NCBI GenBank assembly: GCA_950097015.1
Contig: CATNEN010000038.1
Coordinates: 29,140,001 to 29,204,000 of the forward strand
DNA length: 64,000 nucleotides
Direction: 5' to 3'
Source: Macrostomum hystrix
Taxonomy: Eukaryota > Animalia > Platyhelminthes
The notes beneath the pieces are model-generated. The model did not search any database. It had not been told where the DNA came from and was given only the letters and a program-made list of their open reading frames with translations. How positions within the stretch are numbered: the first letter of the stretch is position 1; every line of letters starts with the position of its first letter. Below, piece by piece: positions 63,832 through 64,000 of the stretch. Both the position numbers and the translations under genes were made by a program.

Positions 63832-63986
63832 TACCGACGCTAACTATCAGCGGAGTTTCCGCCGCGGGTTACGCCAGCTTGCGGAAGGCGAAACCGCCCG
63901 AGCCATTCAACTCGGCGCACGTGCCCACCATTGGCGTGCCTGTTGGCACTGTGGCTGGAATCAGACAGCACAGCTGTAGGGTGTGA
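22353..63986 (+). CDS. sdk: Sidekick-like adhesion receptor (signal peptide, 6 Ig, 13 FN3, TM, Q-rich tail), 14 exons: 22353-23057, 27723-28228, 42202-42329, 54838-54954, 55038-55193, 56311-56652, 57047-57412, 57990-58445, 58594-59367, 59471-59721, 59802-60737, 60892-61819, 61926-62738, 63334-63986 (7131 nt, about 2376 aa)
   Basis: All 13 introns are GT-AG and phase-consistent. Hydrophobic leader; Ig motifs ([43 protein letters not shown]); a Cys-less second Ig ([18 protein letters not shown]) as in Sidekick; 13 FN3 repeats counted by eye; TM segment [24 protein letters not shown] followed by RRKR. The donor at 62739 is the least certain boundary. Confidence 0.87.
23195..23380. repeat. Degenerate 16-bp minisatellite (TCTCATCTCTACCGAG-like)
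   Basis: About 11 diverged units sharing the TCTCATCTCT core with the 34.8-kb and 43-49-kb arrays. Confidence 0.75.
24295..24960. repeat. 21-bp minisatellite (CCCAAAGGATTGCTAGTCTAR)
   Basis: About 31 tandem units; 7-aa periodicity in the ORF track. Confidence 0.95.
25776..25860 (+). mobile_element. SINE tRNA-like head only, running into a minisatellite
   Basis: GGCAGAGCGGT..CCTCTCGCACCAAGGTCCCTGAGCTCGATTCCGCGGCGAGG..ATTTATTT matches the 5' end of the 29051 copy. Confidence 0.8.
25862..26881. repeat. 12-bp minisatellite (TGATTCAGTGTG)
   Basis: About 80 tandem units with variants. Confidence 0.95.
28362..28560 (-). mobile_element. Internally deleted, diverged SINE copy
   Basis: Tail and 3' body at about 28362-28460 and head remnant at about 28503-28560, reverse orientation. 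Confidence 0.7.
29051..29421 (+). mobile_element. Full-length tRNA-derived SINE (about 370 bp) with (TTA)n tail and 12-bp TSD
   Basis: A-box TGGCAGAGCGG, B-box GTTCGATTCC, tail (ATT)n, and TTACGTAGACAA at both 29037-29048 and 29420-29431. Confidence 0.92.
29998..30982. repeat. 18-bp minisatellite (CCCAATAAACTTCCCAAT)
   Basis: About 55 tandem units with variants. Confidence 0.95.
31785..32200. repeat. 17-bp minisatellite (GATTCTGAAGGATTTGG)
   Basis: About 24 tandem units. Confidence 0.93.
33290..34348. repeat. 20-bp minisatellite (TCTGATCCCCATACTCACAG)
   Basis: About 53 tandem units. Confidence 0.96.
34768..35370. repeat. 16-bp minisatellite (TCTCATCTCTCCCCTG)
   Basis: About 37 units; same family as 43295-49025. 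Confidence 0.95.
36190..36550. repeat. Degenerate minisatellite of about 32 bp (TTAATCCYCYAAATCCCAAATCTTCCTAGATMC-like)
   Basis: About 11 diverged units. Confidence 0.8.
37088..38824. repeat. 12-bp polypyrimidine minisatellite (TCCCTCCTTCTS)
   Basis: About 144 units in perfect register, almost all of two variants. Confidence 0.97.
39200..39521 (-). mobile_element. tRNA-derived SINE, near full length
   Basis: Reverse complement of the 29051 family, with GGAATCGAAC (B-box) near 39466. Confidence 0.87.
40200..42172. repeat. 17-bp minisatellite (AACTATGCCATTCCATC)
   Basis: About 115 units, ending about 30 bp before the acceptor of sdk exon 3. Confidence 0.97.
42660..43225. repeat. 22-bp minisatellite (TCTCCCTCCTTATCTGTGTCTT)
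   Basis: About 25 tandem units. Confidence 0.96.
43295..49025. repeat. 5.7-kb 16/17-bp minisatellite (TCTCATCTCTCCCCTG) with higher-order variant blocks
   Basis: About 350 units; no stops in most frames, which explains the 1900-aa pseudo-ORFs. Confidence 0.97.
49812..51262. repeat. 24-bp purine-rich minisatellite (GGGAGAAGACACGGAGGGTAGAGT)
   Basis: About 60 units including 23-bp variants. Confidence 0.97.
52783..53072 (+). mobile_element. Diverged SINE copy
   Basis: TTTGCCTCTCGC..GAGTTCGAT..AGAAAGTCAGGGCAGATGTACACACCTGTGTGAG..CCCTCCTGCAA matches the family. Confidence 0.85.
53755..54045. repeat. Minisatellite of about 33 bp (CCAGACTTTCTCCCCTTTCTACCCCTTGAATTT-like)
   Basis: About 9 diverged units. 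Confidence 0.85.
55790..56105 (-). mobile_element. Diverged SINE copy, near full length
   Basis: Reverse complement of the family consensus (CTGCCCTGACTTTCTCATCGTCAGGCAGTG; GGAATCGAGC). Confidence 0.85.
56799..56963 (-). mobile_element. SINE 5' half, with an oppositely oriented head remnant at about 56706-56765
   Basis: Ends in TAACCGCTCTGCCACTGACCCCC, the reverse complement of the SINE start. Confidence 0.82.
62846..63215 (+). mobile_element. Full-length tRNA-derived SINE in the last sdk intron
   Basis: Colinear with the 29051 copy; (ATT)n tail; GGTACTA on both flanks as a residual TSD. Confidence 0.92.
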
Positions 63987-64000
63987 GGCGTGAAATTGGT

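Noticed and set aside
22353-63986. Dscam-like gene with mutually exclusive exon clusters hidden in the large introns
   Set aside because: The 6 Ig plus 13 FN3 count fits Sidekick, and I saw no duplicated Ig exons in the introns.

Overview
Eukaryotic, AT-rich, intron-containing animal DNA. The polyglutamine tracts and extreme minisatellite load suggest an invertebrate, possibly a flatworm (inference only). Three genes could be assembled by hand with frame-consistent GT-AG introns. (1) A two-exon Crypton/DUF3504-type tyrosine recombinase at 2838-4348 (+) with an intact R-K-HxxR-H-Y catalytic set. (2) A HELZ2-like RNB plus Upf1-family helicase at 4602-12905 (-), whose 5' end was not found and whose RNB active site carries two unusual substitutions. 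(3) A complete 14-exon Sidekick-like receptor at 22353-63986 (+) with 6 Ig, 13 FN3, a TM segment and a tail, about 2376 aa. Between and within them lie a young 5'-truncated RTE-type LINE inserted in a 33-bp minisatellite with an apparent 374-bp target-site duplication, about a dozen copies or fragments of one tRNA-derived SINE, nested MITEs (including a 49-bp hAT-like element with an 8-bp TSD), and about 13 minisatellite arrays filling the first three Sidekick introns. The long repetitive ORFs in the track are artefacts of these arrays.
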